Shown: one piece after another, positions 62,060 to 64,000 of the stretch
How the letters are laid out: every line of letters starts with the position of its first letter
Position numbering within the stretch: position 1 is the first letter of the stretch
Source: Chiloscyllium plagiosum
Taxonomy: Eukaryota
Direction: 5' to 3'
Assembly: GCF_004010195.1 (NCBI RefSeq)
Contig: NC_057718.1
Span: 639,893-703,892 of the forward strand
DNA length: 64,000 nucleotides
The notes under the pieces: generated by a model
Told to the model about the DNA's origin: nothing
Databases searched by the model: none
Seen by the model: only the letters and a program-made list of their open reading frames with translations
Made by a program: the position numbers and the translations under genes

Positions 62060-64000
62060 TAGTTTTTAAGGGATCCCAGTATTTAACAGTTTGTAGTGGA
62101 GTTCTCCAGGGTTCAGTATTGTGACCCTTGCTTTTACTGATGTGTTAATGATCTGGATATTGGTCTGCACAGGATGTTTTCCAAGTTTGCTGGTGATACT
62201 AAACTTGGAAGAATTGTAAACTGAGAGCAGGACAGTGCGGTACTTCAAAAGGATATGGACAAGTTAGTTGTGTGAGCAAATAGGTAGCAGATGAGGTTCG
62301 GTGCAAAGAAGTGTGAGGTGATGCACTCTGAGTGGAAGAATGCTGAAAAATGGTAAAGGGGTAGTTCAAAAGGGGTACAAGAACTGAGGGTCCTGGGTGC
62401 ATATGTATATCTATGCACAGATCTGACAAATATTTAAGGGAATATTCCAGAAAACACAGAAAATTCTAAGGACTGACCGGCCGATAGACCAAAAGAAAAT
62501 ACATATAACTAATTTTGCAAAGATAGGTCAGAAGATTGGGCAGAATTTTAAGAAACAGAGAAGAATTACTGAGATTAAGGAGGGGAGAAATAGAGTACAA
62601 GAGAAAGTTAGCCAACAATATAAAATAGAAATGAAAAGTTTCATCGGACATTTAAAAAAGAGTTTGAGAAAAGTCGGTGTTTATCCTACTAAAAAATGAG
62701 TGGGGAATTAGGCATGGAAAATAAAGGGATAACAGATGAATTTCACTGCTATCGTAGAATCCCCACAGTGTGGAAGGAGGCTATTCAGCCTATCAAATCC
62801 ACACCAACCTTCAGACGAGTATCTCACCCAGACCCCCACCGTATCCTGTAATCCTACATTTACCATGGCTAATCCACCAAGCCTACACATCCTTGAGCAC
62901 TATGGACAATTTCAGCATGGCCATTTTGCCTATCCTGTACATCTTTACACTAGGGAGGATACAATTGGTATTCTGGGAATAGCTGTGAATCAAGAATTGA
63001 AAGGGAGGGAGGAATTTGAGAAAATTTCAGTTACCAAAGAAATACTACTGAGTTAATAGTTGAAACTACAAATTGACAAGTCCTCACATCCTGATGGATT
63101 TCATCCTAGATTCTTCAAACAAATAACCACTAAAATAGTTGATGCATTGTTCCAAAACTCATTAGATTTAAGGAAGGTTTCTTTATATTGGAAAAAAGCT
63201 AATGTAGCTCCTTTATTCAGAAAGGGATCGAGACAGATAGTGGGAAATTACAAGCCAGTTATATTGCAATCTATCATGGGGAAGATTTTAGAAGCTATAA
63301 AGATGTAAATGCACTGGAGAGATTACAGAAGCAATTTGCGAAAATGGTTCCAGATATAAGAAACTTGTGCAGTGAGAATAGATTGAAGAAATTGGGGCTA
63401 TTCCCCTGGAGAGAACAAAGATAAAAAGGAGGTCTGATTGAGGTTGACCTGGTATACATGGACTTCAGTAAAGCCTTTGAGAAGGTTCCACGTGTTAGGC
63501 TTTTGGAGAAAATGAGAGGCATGGAATTGAGGGTGAGTTAGCACTTTGGATTAGAAACTGGCTTTCTTTAAGAAAGCAGCGAGTGGTGGTTGATGGAAAA
63601 TATTCAGCCTGGGGTCCAGTTACTAGTGGTGTGCCACACGGATCTGTTTTGGGACCACTGCTGTTTGTCATTTTTATAAGTGACTTGGACGCAGGCATAG
63701 GTGGATGGATTAGTAAGTTTGCAGACGACACTAAAGAGTGATGGACAGTGTGGAACAATGTTACAGGTTGCAGGGGGACTTGGATAAACTGCAGAATTGG
63801 GCTGAGAGGTGGCAAATGGAGTTCAATGCAGCTAAATGTGAGGTGATTCACTTTGGGAAGAATAACAAGCAGGCAGAATACTAGGTCAATGGAAAGATTC
63901 TTGGTCATGTGGATTTGCAGAGGGATCTTGGAGTCCATACACATAGATCCCTAAAAGTTGCCATCCAGGCTGATAGTGTTGTTAAGAAGGCTTATTGGTA
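62060..64000 (+). mobile_element. Several CR1 ORF2 fragments; the last runs off the window
   Basis: [49 protein letters not shown]. Confidence 0.85.

Noticed and set aside
50797..64000. Next PREB exon (LVTVGRD...YRYQACR-like)
   Set aside because: Not found by eye; probably beyond the window, and the N gap lies inside a CR1

Overview
Vertebrate genomic DNA, very probably a shark or other elasmobranch (HE1-type V-SINEs, SacSINE-like Deu-SINEs, abundant CR1 LINEs and Penelope-like elements). Two spliced protein-coding genes lie on the + strand: the last four coding exons of RPL7L1 (7281-24027) and three internal exons of PREB/SEC12 (42407-50796). I could not find the first coding exon of PREB (K-loop) or a CpG-rich promoter between the two genes. 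Most of the rest is nested, decayed retroelements. The most striking signal is at least three Penelope-like element (PLE) families whose terminal repeats carry minimal hammerhead ribozyme cores (CUGAnGA-stem II-GAAA-palindrome-UH). One family is spread as 65-220 bp non-coding, often fold-back mini-elements with their own target-site duplications (TSDs). Other oddities are a 61-bp perfect TSD, a 176-bp locally duplicated hairpin-forming segment flanking a PREB exon, and a solo LTR inserted into the YVDD motif of a PLE reverse transcriptase. There is one assembly gap (60662-61017). Exon, TSD and ribozyme coordinates were counted by hand; other repeat boundaries are approximate and family names come from recalled motifs, not database searches.
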